Assembly: GCA_016869235.1 (NCBI GenBank)
Contig: VGER01000004.1
Location: forward strand, 5,454-69,453
DNA: 64,000 nt
Source: Alphaproteobacteria bacterium
GTDB taxonomy: Bacteria > Pseudomonadota > Alphaproteobacteria > UBA2966 > CAIVPW01
Reading direction: 5' to 3'
Below are positions 48,449 to 58,488 of the stretch, in pieces. Each line of letters opens with the position of its first letter. Position 1 is the first letter of the stretch. The notes under the pieces are model-generated. The model searched no databases. It was not told the DNA's origin and was given only the letters and a program-made list of their open reading frames with translations. The translations under genes and the position numbers were made by a program.

Positions 48449-51118
48449 TCACTCGGCGGCCGGCGCTGGCTTCTTCGCGGCGCGCTTGCCCTTTGGCTTC
48501 GCGGCCGGCTTCGCCGCCTTCTTGACCTTCGCCGCCTTGGCCTCTGCTTCGGGCACGGCCTTCCCCTTGGTGCCGCGGGCGCCTTTGCCTTTCTTGGGTA
48601 CACCGGCGCGCGCGGCGAGCAGCGGGATCGCCTGCTCCAGCGTCACGTCGTTCGGCTCGACGCCTTTCGGCAGCGTGGCATTGGTCTTGCCGTGCTTCAC
48701 GTACGGCCCGTAACGGCCGGCATGCACGGTAACCGGCTTGCCGTCGGCGGGATGGTTGCCGAGGTCCTTGAGCGCCGTGGCGCCGCCGCGCCCGCGGCCC
48801 TTCTTGTTGGCGGCCTCGGTGAGCAGATCGACGGCGCGATTCATTCCCACGCTGAGGATGTCCTCGTCGGCCGGCAGCGATGCATAGAGCTTGCCGAGCT
48901 GCAGGTACGGGCCGAAGCGGCCGATGCCGGCCTTGATCATCTCCTTGGTCTCGGGATGCGGGCCGACCTCGCGCGGCAGCGTCAGCAGACCGAGGGCCTG
49001 CTCGAGGGTGAGCTCCGCGGCGCTCAGGTTGCGCGGAATCGACACGCGCTTCGGTTTGGTGTCGCCTTCCGCCTCGCCGCGCTGGACGTAGTGGCCGTAG
49101 GGGCCCTTCTTCACGGCGATGGGCTGCTTGGTCTCGGGATCCTCGCCCAGCGCGCGCGGTCCGGGGTCGGCCTCGCCGTTCGCTTCTAGGGCGCGGGTGT
49201 ACTTGCACTCCGGGTAGTTCGAGCAGCCGATGAAGGCGCCGAACTTGCCTAGTTTGATCGACAGCCGCCCGTTGCCGCAGGTCGGGCAGACGCGTGGATC
49301 GGTGCCCGCCTCGTTGGTCTTGAAGAAGTGGGGCCCGAGCGTCTCGTCGAGCACGTCGAGCACTTCACGGACGCGGAGCTCCTTCGTGTCGTCCACTGCC
49401 TTGATGAACGCGTCCCAGAACTCGCGTAGCACCGCCTTCCAGTCGATCTGGCCGGCGGAGATCTCGTCGAGCTGCTCCTCGAGCCGCGCCGTGAAGTCGT
49501 ACTCGACGTAGCGCTTGAAGAAGTGGGCGAGGAATGCCGTCACCAGGCGGCCGCGGTCCTCCGGATGGAAGCGCCCCTTGTCGAGGCGCACGTAGCTGCG
49601 GTCCTGCAGCACCGACAGGATGCTGGCGTAGGTGGACGGTCGGCCGATGCCAAGCTCCTCCAGCTTCTTCACAAGCGATGCCTCGGTGTAGCGCGGCGGC
49701 GGCTCTGTGAAGTGCTGGTTCGGGCGCACGCCGTCGCGGTCGAGCGCGTCGCGCTCCTTCAGCATCGGCAGGCGGCGCTCGTCGTCGCGCTCGGCGGCGG
49801 CCGCATCGGCCGCGGCCACTTCGTCGCGGCCTTCGCGATATACGCGGAAGTAGCCGTCGAAGAGGACGATCTGTCCGGTGGCGCGGAACTCGACGGCGTT
49901 GTTGCCTGGCGCGATGGTCACCGCCGCCTGCTCGAGGCGCGCGGTTTCCATCTGGCTCGCCATCGTGCGCTTCCAGACCAGGTCGTAGAGCTTGAACTCG
50001 TCGTCGTTGAGATAGCGGCGGATCTTGTCCGGCGTGCGCCCGGGGTCGGTCGGCCGGATGGCCTCGTGGGCTTCCTGGGCGTTCTTGGCGGTGGCCTTGT
50101 AGACGCGCGGGGAGGACGGCACGTAGGCGTCGCCGAACTCCGCTGCGATGGTCTTGCGCGCGGCCGTCAGCGCCTCGTTGGCGATGCTGACGCCGTCGGT
50201 GCGCATGTACGTAATAAGACCCGTGGTCTCGCCGCCGAGGTCCACGCCCTCATACAGATGCTGCGCGATGTCCATGGTGCGGCGCGCCGAGAAGCGCAGC
50301 TTGCGCGAAGCCTCCTGCTGCAAGGTGGACGTGGTGAAGGGCGGCGGCGGATTGCGCCGCGTCTCTCTCTTCTCCACTTCGCGCACGGTCCAGCCCGCGG
50401 CGCCTTGCGCGGCGGCCACCGCAGCTTGGGCGGCGGCCTCCGAGCCCAGGCTGAACTTGTCGAGCTTCTCGCCTTTGAAACTCACCAGCTTGGCAGTGAA
50501 GGTCTCGCCGTTGCGGGTGCGGAAGTCCGCCTCGATGCTCCAGTACTCGCGCGGGACGAACGCCTCGATCTCCAGCTCGCGCTCGCAGATCAGGCGCAGC
50601 GCCACCGATTGCACGCGGCCTGCCGAGCGCGAGCCCGGCAGCTTGCGCCACAGCACCGGCGACAGCGTGAAGCCGACGAGATAGTCGAGCGCGCGCCGCG
50701 CTTGCTGCGCGTTGACCAGGTTCATATCGAGGTCGCGCGGATGCGCGATCGCCTGGCGCACGGAGTCCTTGGTGATCTCGTGGAAGACGACGCGGCGCAC
50801 CGGCACCGAGTCGAGCGCCTTCATGTCCTTCAGCGCCGCGATGACGTGCCAGCTGATTGCCTCGCCTTCGCGGTCGGGGTCGGTGGCCAGATAGAGGTTC
50901 TCGGCCTTGCGCACCGCCGCAGCGATATCCTTCAGGCGGCCGATGGAGCGCGCGTCGGTCTCGTAGGTCATGGCGAAGTCTTCGTCCGGCCGTACCGAAC
51001 CGTCCTTGGGCGGCAGGTCGCGCACGTGGCCGTAACTCGCCAGGACAAGATAACGATCGCCCAGATACTTGCCGATCGTTTTGGCCTTGGCGGGAGATTC
51101 GACGACAACTACGTCCAT
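48449..51118 (-). CDS. topA: DNA topoisomerase I
   Basis: VVVESPAKAKTI, DPDREGEAI, SAGRVQS, LITYMRTD, GIGRPSTY; zinc ribbon and C-terminal repeats. Confidence 0.97.
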   Translation of the reverse strand: MDVVVVESPAKAKTIGKYLGDRYLVLASYGHVRDLPPKDGSVRPDEDFAMTYETDARSIGRLKDIAAAVRKAENLYLATDPDREGEAISWHVIAALKDMKALDSVPVRRVVFHEITKDSVRQAIAHPRDLDMNLVNAQQARRALDYLVGFTLSPVLWRKLPGSRSAGRVQSVALRLICERELEIEAFVPREYWSIEADFRTRNGETFTAKLVSFKGEKLDKFSLGSEAAAQAAVAAAQGAAGWTVREVEKRETRRNPPPPFTTSTLQQEASRKLRFSARRTMDIAQHLYEGVDLGGETTGLITYMRTDGVSIANEALTAARKTIAAEFGDAYVPSSPRVYKATAKNAQEAHEAIRPTDPGRTPDKIRRYLNDDEFKLYDLVWKRTMASQMETARLEQAAVTIAPGNNAVEFRATGQIVLFDGYFRVYREGRDEVAAADAAAAERDDERRLPMLKERDALDRDGVRPNQHFTEPPPRYTEASLVKKLEELGIGRPSTYASILSVLQDRSYVRLDKGRFHPEDRGRLVTAFLAHFFKRYVEYDFTARLEEQLDEISAGQIDWKAVLREFWDAFIKAVDDTKELRVREVLDVLDETLGPHFFKTNEAGTDPRVCPTCGNGRLSIKLGKFGAFIGCSNYPECKYTRALEANGEADPGPRALGEDPETKQPIAVKKGPYGHYVQRGEAEGDTKPKRVSIPRNLSAAELTLEQALGLLTLPREVGPHPETKEMIKAGIGRFGPYLQLGKLYASLPADEDILSVGMNRAVDLLTEAANKKGRGRGGATALKDLGNHPADGKPVTVHAGRYGPYVKHGKTNATLPKGVEPNDVTLEQAIPLLAARAGVPKKGKGARGTKGKAVPEAEAKAAKVKKAAKPAAKPKGKRAAKKPAPAAE

Positions 51119-51184
51119 GCAGTACTCGGGCGGAGAAACTCTTGGTCGGTGGGGAACAATCGCGGTCTACGCGAGACGGCGCAC

Positions 51185-52318
51185 TTACAGCAGCGACACT
51201 TGATTTCCGGGATGACGCTGCAGGCGGCCTGCTAGCTCAAGCTCCAGCAAAATGGTCAACACGGTTGCGGGTGTCAACCTACTCTGCCGAATGATCTCGT
51301 CCACCGGGAGCGGAGAGGGGCCCAAAAGCTCGCGCACGCGCGCGCGTCCGGCGCCGAGTTCAGCCTCTGACGTGACGGCGCTCACACTCCGGTAGGAATC
51401 GCCGGCGGGCTCGCGCAGCGTGCGCAATCCGCGCAGCGCCGCGGTCACGTCGGCGGCCGATTCCACCAGGGCCGCGCCCTCGCGCAGCAGGTTGTTCGAG
51501 CCCTTGCAGCGCGGATCGAGCGGCGAGCCGGGCACCGCGAACACCTCGCGGCCCTGCTCCAGGGCCATGCGTGCGGTGATGAGAGAGCCCGAGTGGAGTG
51601 CGGCCTCGACCACCACCACGCCGCACGAGACGCCCGAGACCAGGCGGTTGCGGCGTGGGAAATGACGGGCATGCGGCTCGGTGCCGACCGGCTGCTCGGC
51701 GATGACGAGGCCCCGCTCGGCGATCTGCGCATAAAGCTCGCGGTTCTCCGCCGGATAGGGCTGGTCGACGCCGCCCGCCATCAGCGCGATGGTGCCGGTG
51801 GCGAGCGCGCCGGCGTGGGCCGCACCGTCGATGCCGCGCGCCAGGCCCGAAGCAATGATGAAGCCCTGGCTGCCGAGTTCCGCCGCCAGGGTGCGGGCAA
51901 AGCGCGCGCCGACGCCGGACGCATTGCGCGCGCCGACGATGGCAACGACGCGCGCTGGGTCGGCGGCGACGTCCGGCCGTCCCAGAACGGCAATCAGCGG
52001 CGGCGCGTCATGAATCGTAGGGAGTGCGGCCGGATAGTCGGGTTCCCCGAGCGCCACCAGCCGCGCGCCGGCCTTGGCGGTCGCCTCGATCTCGCGTTCG
52101 GCGTCGGCGCGCGTGGCGATGCGCAAGGCCTCGCGGCCGCCACGGCGCGCAAGCTCGGGCAGGGCGGCAAGCGCGGCCGCTGCCGAGCCGTAGCGGCGCA
52201 GCAGTGCGGCGAAGGTGACGGCGCCGACGTTCTCGCTGCGGATCAGCCGCAGCCAGTCGATGCGCTCTGCGTCAGGAAGCGTGCGCTGGGGATGGTCGGG
52301 AAGGGGGGCAGTCTGCAT
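51185..52318 (-). CDS. dprA: DNA-processing protein DprA
   Basis: AIVGARNAS, SGLARGID, FPRRNR, SGSLITA, AVPGSPLDPR. Confidence 0.95.
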   Translation of the reverse strand: MQTAPLPDHPQRTLPDAERIDWLRLIRSENVGAVTFAALLRRYGSAAAALAALPELARRGGREALRIATRADAEREIEATAKAGARLVALGEPDYPAALPTIHDAPPLIAVLGRPDVAADPARVVAIVGARNASGVGARFARTLAAELGSQGFIIASGLARGIDGAAHAGALATGTIALMAGGVDQPYPAENRELYAQIAERGLVIAEQPVGTEPHARHFPRRNRLVSGVSCGVVVVEAALHSGSLITARMALEQGREVFAVPGSPLDPRCKGSNNLLREGAALVESAADVTAALRGLRTLREPAGDSYRSVSAVTSEAELGAGRARVRELLGPSPLPVDEIIRQSRLTPATVLTILLELELAGRLQRHPGNQVSLL

Positions 52319-52319
52319 G

Positions 52320-53078
52320 TCACGGCCGCGCGCCGCCGCTCAGCTTGATTCGCGGCTCCTCGCCGCGCATCAGCCGCCGGATATTGTCGTGGTGGCGCAG
52401 GGTCACCACCAGCGACAGGAACAGCGCGAACGCTGCGCGCTCATAGTCGAATGGCTGCAGGGTCGGATTGATCATCAGCGGTAGCGCCAGGCAATAGAGC
52501 GGCGCGGCGACGAGGGCTATCAACGCACCAGCCGACGAGCGCTTGGTGACAAGCGCCGCGGCCAGCCACGTGAGTGCAGTCAGTGCGCCGACCAGCGGCA
52601 GCGCCGCCAGCAGCACGCCGAGCGTGGTGGCGACGCCCTTGCCGCCCCAGGCGGTGACGGCGAGGGCGAGCAGCAGCACGACGCCGATGATCGGCGGAAT
52701 CGAAGACTGCGCCAGCGCGGTGGACAAACCGAAAGCGAGCAGCGCAAGCGTGATGAGCGCGCGGCGGTCGCGCCGCAGCCAGATCGGGAAGAGGTGCCCG
52801 AACACCGCCGAGATGCCGGCGGCGAAATAGAGCTCGTGGCCGCCCTGGGTGGCGGCGATGGCGACGGCAAGGGCGCCCTTGCCGCCGTCCAGAAGCAGCA
52901 CGGCGAGGGCGAGCTTCTTCGAGCCGGTGCGCAGGACGTTGGTCGCGCCGATGTTGCCCGAGCCGATCGCGCGGATGTCGCCGAAGCCGGCAATCCTCGG
53001 CAACAGCAGGCCGAACGGAATCGAGCCCAGCAGGTAGCCGAGCACAATGGCGAAGGAGATGCTGGCGTCCTCGGACAC
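52320..53078 (-). CDS. plsY: Glycerol-3-phosphate acyltransferase PlsY with internal insertion
   Basis: GYLLGSIP, GSGNIGATNVLR, GHLFP, GGKGVAT, H..NI.RL..G.E. Confidence 0.9.
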   Translation of the reverse strand: MSEDASISFAIVLGYLLGSIPFGLLLPRIAGFGDIRAIGSGNIGATNVLRTGSKKLALAVLLLDGGKGALAVAIAATQGGHELYFAAGISAVFGHLFPIWLRRDRRALITLALLAFGLSTALAQSSIPPIIGVVLLLALAVTAWGGKGVATTLGVLLAALPLVGALTALTWLAAALVTKRSSAGALIALVAAPLYCLALPLMINPTLQPFDYERAAFALFLSLVVTLRHHDNIRRLMRGEEPRIKLSGGARP

Positions 53079-53101
53079 GGCGTCAGATAAGAAAGAGTGC
53101 G

Positions 53102-54388
53102 CTAGGCGGCCGCGAAGACGGTTTCGCCGCCGACCACGGTGCGCAGCACCTTGCCCTGCACGGGCCGGCCGTCGAACGGCGTGTTCTTCGACTTCGAGCG
53201 CAGGCCGGCTTCCGAGATCTTCCACGGCGTGTCGAGGTCGAACACGACGAGGTCGGCGGGCGCGCCCTTGGCAAGCGTGCCGGCGTCGAGGCCGAGCAGC
53301 CGCGCCGGGTTGACAGTGAGCTTGGCCAACAGGTCGAGGAGCTTGATGTGGCCGCCGTGCACCAGCTCGAGGGTGAGCGGCAGCAGCGTCTGCAACCCCG
53401 CGATGCCGAACTCCGCGGCGGGAAAGGGCAGGCGCTTGCTTTCCTGATCCTGCGGCGAGTGGTCGGAGACGATGACGTCGACGACGCCGGACGCCAGGCC
53501 CTCCACCACCGCAGCCCGATCGGACTCCGAACGCAGGGGCGGCGTCACCTTGGCGAAGGTGCGGTACTCGCCGATCTCGTTCTCGTTGAGGGCGAAGTGG
53601 TGTGCGGCGACGCCGCACGTCGCCTTGATGCCGCGCTCCTTGGCGCGGCGCATGGCGGCGATCGCCTCGCCGGTGGACAGGCAGGCGGCGTGATAGCGGC
53701 CGCCGGTCATCTCGGCGAGCCGCACGTCGCGCTCCACCATGATGACCTCCGCGGCGGCGGGAATTCCCTTCAGGCCGAGGCGGCTCGCCACCTCGCCGGA
53801 GTTCATGGCGCCGCCCTTGGCGAGGGACGGCTCCTCGGCGTGCTGCACCACCAAGAGGTTCCAGCCGGTCGCGTAGGACAGCGCGCGGCGCATCACCTGC
53901 GCGTCGGCCACCGCCCTCACGCCGTCGGTGAACGCCACGGCGCCCGCCTCGGCGAGCAGTCCCATCTCGGTCATCTCCTGGCCACGCAGGCCTTTGGTGA
54001 TGGCGGCCATCGACACCACGTTCACGGCGCAGGTCTGGCGGGCGCGCTCGGCCATGAAGCCGATCAGTGCCGGCTCGTCCATGACCGGGTCGGTCTGTGG
54101 CTGGCTGACGAGGGTCGTCACGCCGCCGGCGGCGGCGGAAAGTCCGGCAGTGGCCAGTGTCTCCTTCTCCTCGAAGCCGGGCTCGCCCAGGAACGCGCGC
54201 ATGTCGACCAGGCCCGGCGCCAGGCAGTGGCCGCCGCAGTCGATGACGTCGGCGCCCTTGGCGGGACGCACGTCGCCGCCGACGGCCGCGATCCTGCCGT
54301 CCACCACCAGCAGCGAGCCGCCCTTCACGTCCATGCCGCTGGCCGGATCGAGCAGCCGCGCGTTGATGAATGCGAGAGGCGCGTTCAT
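53102..54388 (-). CDS. pyrC: Dihydroorotase-family protein (pyrC/pyrC'-type)
   Basis: EPG...KET, AA.GG.TT, K..PPLR, SDHSP, SKSKNTPF; co-transcribed with pyrB. Confidence 0.85.
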   Translation of the reverse strand: MNAPLAFINARLLDPASGMDVKGGSLLVVDGRIAAVGGDVRPAKGADVIDCGGHCLAPGLVDMRAFLGEPGFEEKETLATAGLSAAAGGVTTLVSQPQTDPVMDEPALIGFMAERARQTCAVNVVSMAAITKGLRGQEMTEMGLLAEAGAVAFTDGVRAVADAQVMRRALSYATGWNLLVVQHAEEPSLAKGGAMNSGEVASRLGLKGIPAAAEVIMVERDVRLAEMTGGRYHAACLSTGEAIAAMRRAKERGIKATCGVAAHHFALNENEIGEYRTFAKVTPPLRSESDRAAVVEGLASGVVDVIVSDHSPQDQESKRLPFPAAEFGIAGLQTLLPLTLELVHGGHIKLLDLLAKLTVNPARLLGLDAGTLAKGAPADLVVFDLDTPWKISEAGLRSKSKNTPFDGRPVQGKVLRTVVGGETVFAAA

Positions 54389-54391
54389 GGC

Positions 54392-55381
54392 CTAGTGCGC
54401 CGCCGGCGCGAAGTTGGGCAGTCGCGCGCTGAGCGCGTCCAGCACCGCCATGCGCACCGCCACCCCCATCTCGACCTGCTCGGCGATGGCGCTGCGCGAG
54501 ATGTCGTCGGCGATCTCCGTGTCGATCTCGACGCCACGGTTCATCGGGCCGGGATGCATCACCATCGCGTCGGGCTTGGCATAGGCGAGCTTCTCGGTAT
54601 CCAGCCCGTAGAAGTGGAAGTACTCGCTGATGGACGGCACGAAGCTGCCCTGCATGCGCTCGGACTGCAGGCGCAGCATCATGACGATGTCGCAACCGGC
54701 GAGACCCTTGCGCATGTCGTGGAACACTTCGACGCCGAGTTGCGAGGCGGCGGTGGGCAGCAGCGTCGGCGGGGCGATCACGCGCACCCGCGCGCCCATG
54801 ATGTTGAGGAGGTGGATGTTCGAGCGCGCGACGCGGCTGTGGAGGATGTCGCCGCAGATCGCCACCACCAGTCCGCGCAGGCGGCCCTTGCGGCGGCGGA
54901 TGGTGACGGCGTCGAGCAGCGCCTGGGTCGGGTGCTCGTGGCTGCCGTCGCCGGCGTTGATCACGGCGCAGCTCACCTTTTGGGCGAGCAGCGACACCGC
55001 GCCCGACTCCTGGTGACGCACCACCAGCACGTCCGGGTGCATGGCGTTGAGAGTCATCGCGGTGTCGATGAGGGTCTCGCCTTTCTTGATGGACGAGCCC
55101 TCGGCCGACATGTTGATGACATCGGCGCCCAGGCGCTTGCCGGCCAGCTCGAAGCTGGTGCGGGTCCGCGTCGAGCTCTCGAAGAACAGGTTGACCAGGG
55201 TGCGGCCCCGCAGCAGGGCCGAGCGCTTGTCGACCTGGCGGTTCTGCGCCACGTAGGAGTCGGACTTATCCAGCAGGTAGCCGATCTGCTCGGCGGTAAG
55301 CCCTTCGATTCCCAGCAAATCCCGGTGCGGAAACCGTTCCGGCGAGGCCGCGACGGCGGCGGGCGCGGGGGCAGTCATCAA
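54392..55381 (-). CDS. pyrB: Aspartate carbamoyltransferase catalytic subunit
   Basis: [35 protein letters not shown]. Confidence 0.96.
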   Translation of the reverse strand: MMTAPAPAAVAASPERFPHRDLLGIEGLTAEQIGYLLDKSDSYVAQNRQVDKRSALLRGRTLVNLFFESSTRTRTSFELAGKRLGADVINMSAEGSSIKKGETLIDTAMTLNAMHPDVLVVRHQESGAVSLLAQKVSCAVINAGDGSHEHPTQALLDAVTIRRRKGRLRGLVVAICGDILHSRVARSNIHLLNIMGARVRVIAPPTLLPTAASQLGVEVFHDMRKGLAGCDIVMMLRLQSERMQGSFVPSISEYFHFYGLDTEKLAYAKPDAMVMHPGPMNRGVEIDTEIADDISRSAIAEQVEMGVAVRMAVLDALSARLPNFAPAAH

Positions 55382-55600
55382 AGCGCCACTTTATACGCGT
55401 GGTCTGGAGGCCCTACAACAGGCGCCAGAGGGGACGGCGCCGGCATCGGGGGATGGGCGGCAGCGCTTCCGCCAGGAACTGACACATTTCCGCGAGCTTG
55501 AGGCGGGGCGCGACCGGCGCTTGCCTTCCTGCAGACGGAAGTTCTCAATGTGCGCGTTCAATACCTCTGCGCGGCCGAGGATTTGGTGGGTGAACCACGC

Positions 55601-56515
55601 ATGAAGAAGCAGCCGCTGTACAGCCGCTCGGTGCGCGCCGGATTGAGCTACACGACGCGCCAGCCCCTGCCGCCCGAAGAGCCGATCCGCCAAATCGTCT
55701 GGCGCTGGTGGAAGGGCTTCGAGTCGCGCCACCCCAAGAAGGTCCAGTTCGGCTTCAGCTCTCTGTTCGCGGTGCTGGCGGTGGTCGCCTACGCCTGGAT
55801 CACTCCCGAGCCGCAGCATCTCACCCAGCGCGACATCAACAACGCGGTCACCTACACTCTGGATCGCCGGCCGCCGGCGCCGTCGGTCGCCTCCGTCGCC
55901 TACGACGTCATCCGCCGCTCGGTGGTGCGCGTCGACGGCGACGTGCAGCACGAGGGCCGGCCGCTCGACATCGCCCGCATCGACGAGACCATCGGCACCG
56001 GCGTGCTCATCGACGACCAGGGCACCATCCTCACCAACCTGCACGTTGCCGCCGCGGCCGAGCATCTGACCGTCACCTTCTGGGACGGCCACAAGTCGCC
56101 GGCCGTCATCGTCGGCGCCCAGGCGCAGGACGACCTCGCCGTCATCCGCGTCATGGAGCCGCCCGAGGAGATGTTCCCGGCGACTCTCACCTCCACGCGC
56201 GGCCTGCAGCTCGGCGACGAGGTGGTGGCGGTCGGCTTTCCGTTCGGCATCGGCCCCTCGGTGTCGTCGGGCGTGGTGTCGGGCCTGCGCCGCGACTACG
56301 TGCAGGACGGCGAGGTGAAGCTGCGCAACCTCATCCAGTTCGACGCCGCCGCCAACCCGGGCAATTCCGGCGGCCCGCTCATCAACCGCGACGGCGAGGT
56401 GCTCGGCATCGTCACCGCCATCCTCAACCCGACCTCCGATCGCTTCTTCGTCGGCATCGGCTTCGCCGTGCCCATCGAGAACGCGATGGGCGGCGTGGGC
56501 ATGAACCCGTTCTAG
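55601..56515 (+). CDS. Membrane-anchored trypsin-like (S1C) serine protease without PDZ
   Basis: TM helix; TNLHV, DDLAV, GNSGG triad; ends right after the protease domain. Confidence 0.85.
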   Translation: MKKQPLYSRSVRAGLSYTTRQPLPPEEPIRQIVWRWWKGFESRHPKKVQFGFSSLFAVLAVVAYAWITPEPQHLTQRDINNAVTYTLDRRPPAPSVASVAYDVIRRSVVRVDGDVQHEGRPLDIARIDETIGTGVLIDDQGTILTNLHVAAAAEHLTVTFWDGHKSPAVIVGAQAQDDLAVIRVMEPPEEMFPATLTSTRGLQLGDEVVAVGFPFGIGPSVSSGVVSGLRRDYVQDGEVKLRNLIQFDAAANPGNSGGPLINRDGEVLGIVTAILNPTSDRFFVGIGFAVPIENAMGGVGMNPF

Positions 56516-56543
56516 TCCATTTTACTTTCCAACCAAGGGTCCA

Positions 56544-57560
56544 ATGGCAACTCCTCCCAAGACCGACGCCGAAGTCGCGGCGTTGATGGAGCGCATTCTT
56601 TACGAGCTGAAGAAGATCGTCGTCGGTCAGGACCACTTCCTGGAGCGCGTGCTGGTGGCGCTGCTGGCCCAGGGCCACCTGCTGGTGGAAGGCGTGCCGG
56701 GCCTCGCCAAGACGCTGACCGTCAACACGCTCGCCAAGACGGTGCGCGGCACCTTCAAGCGCATCCAGTTCACGCCCGACCTGGTGCCGGCCGACCTCGT
56801 CGGCACGCGCATCTACAACCAGCGCACCGGCGAGTTCACCACCTCGCTCGGCCCGGTGTTCTGCAACCTCTTGCTCGCCGACGAGATCAACCGCGCCCCC
56901 GCCAAGGTGCAGAGCGCGCTCCTCGAGGTCATGCAGGAGCATCAGGTCACCATCGCCGGCGAGACCCACAAGGTCCCCAAGCCGTTCCTGGTCATGGCGA
57001 CCCAGAACCCGATCGAGACCGAGGGCACCTATCCGCTGCCCGAGGCGCAGGTCGACCGCTTCATGATGAAGGTGCTGGTGGGCTATCCGACCCAGGATCA
57101 GGAGTTCGTCATCGTCGAGCGCGTCACCGGCACCATGGCTGCGGTCGCCGCGGTCGCCTCGACCGACGAGCTCGCCAAGCTGCAGAAGCAGTGCCGCGGC
57201 AACTACGTCGATCCCGACCTCATCACTCACGCCGTGAAGCTGGTGGCGGCGACGCGCGATCCGGCCGCCGTCGGCCTCGCCGACCTCGCGCCGTACATCC
57301 ACTTCGGCTCGAGCCCGCGCGGCACCATCCACCTGATCGAGGCGGCACGCGCGCTCGCCTTCCTGCGCGGCCGCGACTACGTCGTGCCGCAGGACGTCAC
57401 CGACCTCGTGCCCGACGTCCTGCGCCATCGCATCGTCCTCTCGTACGAGGCGCTGGCCAAGAGGATGTCCACCGACGACATCATCAAGCGACTGATGCAG
57501 CACCTGCCGGCGCCCGAGAAGCCGATGGAACAGCATGTCCGAGTCGCGGCCCGATCCTGA
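56544..57560 (+). CDS. MoxR-family AAA+ ATPase
   Basis: EGVPGLAKT, RIQFTPDL, LADEINRAPAKVQSALLE, LPEAQVDRF. Confidence 0.93.
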   Translation: MATPPKTDAEVAALMERILYELKKIVVGQDHFLERVLVALLAQGHLLVEGVPGLAKTLTVNTLAKTVRGTFKRIQFTPDLVPADLVGTRIYNQRTGEFTTSLGPVFCNLLLADEINRAPAKVQSALLEVMQEHQVTIAGETHKVPKPFLVMATQNPIETEGTYPLPEAQVDRFMMKVLVGYPTQDQEFVIVERVTGTMAAVAAVASTDELAKLQKQCRGNYVDPDLITHAVKLVAATRDPAAVGLADLAPYIHFGSSPRGTIHLIEAARALAFLRGRDYVVPQDVTDLVPDVLRHRIVLSYEALAKRMSTDDIIKRLMQHLPAPEKPMEQHVRVAARS

Positions 57561-58488
57561 AGCCGTCCTGCGCGGGCTGGAGTGGACGGTCCTGCGCCGT
57601 CTCGACGGCTATCTGCAGGGCGACTACCGCACTTTGTTCCGCGGCTTTGGCCTCGACCTCGCCGACCTGCGCGAGTACCAGGCGCACGATGACGTGCGCC
57701 ACATCGACTGGAACGTGACGGCGCGGCTGCAGATCCCCTACGTGCGCCAGTACAACGAGGACCGCGAGATCACCGCCTGGTTCCTGCTCGACATGAGCCC
57801 GTCGATGGACTTCGGCTCCGAGGGCAAGACCAAGCGCCAGGTGCTTACCGACTTCACGGCGACGCTGGCGCGGCTGCTCACCCGCCACGGCAACCGCGTC
57901 GGCGCCCTGATCTACGGCGGCGACGTGGACACCGTCATCCCGGCGGCGACCGGGCGCCGCCACGTTCTGCACATCGTCAACGAGCTGATCACGCGGCCCG
58001 AGCTGCCCAAGTCGCCCGCAACCGACCTCTCGGCGCTGTTGCGCGCGGCCCTCGGCATCATCCACAGCCGCTCGTTTGTCTTCCTGGTGTCGGACTTCGT
58101 CAGCGCGCCGGGCTGGGACGGACCGCTCAACATGCTCGGCCAGCGCCACGAGATCCTGGCGGTGCGCCCATTCGATCCGCTGGAGGTCGAGATCCCGCCG
58201 CTCGGCCTGTTCGTCATGCAGGACTCCGAGACCGGCGAGCAGGTGTTCGTCGACACCGCCGACCGCGGCTTCCGCAAGCGCTTCGCCCAGGCGGCGGAGC
58301 AGCGCGAGGTCCTGGTGCGGGAGGGCCTCAACCGCGCCGGCGTCGACACGCTGGAGATTTCCACCCAGGACGACCTGGTCGATTCGATTCTGCGCTTTGC
58401 CGACCTGCGCAAGCGGCGCTTCGGCGGCAAGTTCGCCGGCGCCCCCGCCCACGTCGGCGCCGCCGGCACAACAGGAGCAGCACAATGA
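57535..58488 (+). CDS. DUF58-domain protein
   Basis: REYQ..DDVRHIDWNVTAR, DMSPSM, VSDF. Confidence 0.9.
   Translation: MSESRPDPEAVLRGLEWTVLRRLDGYLQGDYRTLFRGFGLDLADLREYQAHDDVRHIDWNVTARLQIPYVRQYNEDREITAWFLLDMSPSMDFGSEGKTKRQVLTDFTATLARLLTRHGNRVGALIYGGDVDTVIPAATGRRHVLHIVNELITRPELPKSPATDLSALLRAALGIIHSRSFVFLVSDFVSAPGWDGPLNMLGQRHEILAVRPFDPLEVEIPPLGLFVMQDSETGEQVFVDTADRGFRKRFAQAAEQREVLVREGLNRAGVDTLEISTQDDLVDSILRFADLRKRRFGGKFAGAPAHVGAAGTTGAAQ

Noticed and set aside
52320..54695. 791-aa ORF as a PlsY fusion
   Set aside because: The upstream part is an off-frame shadow of pyrB/pyrC; PlsY homology begins near 53078.
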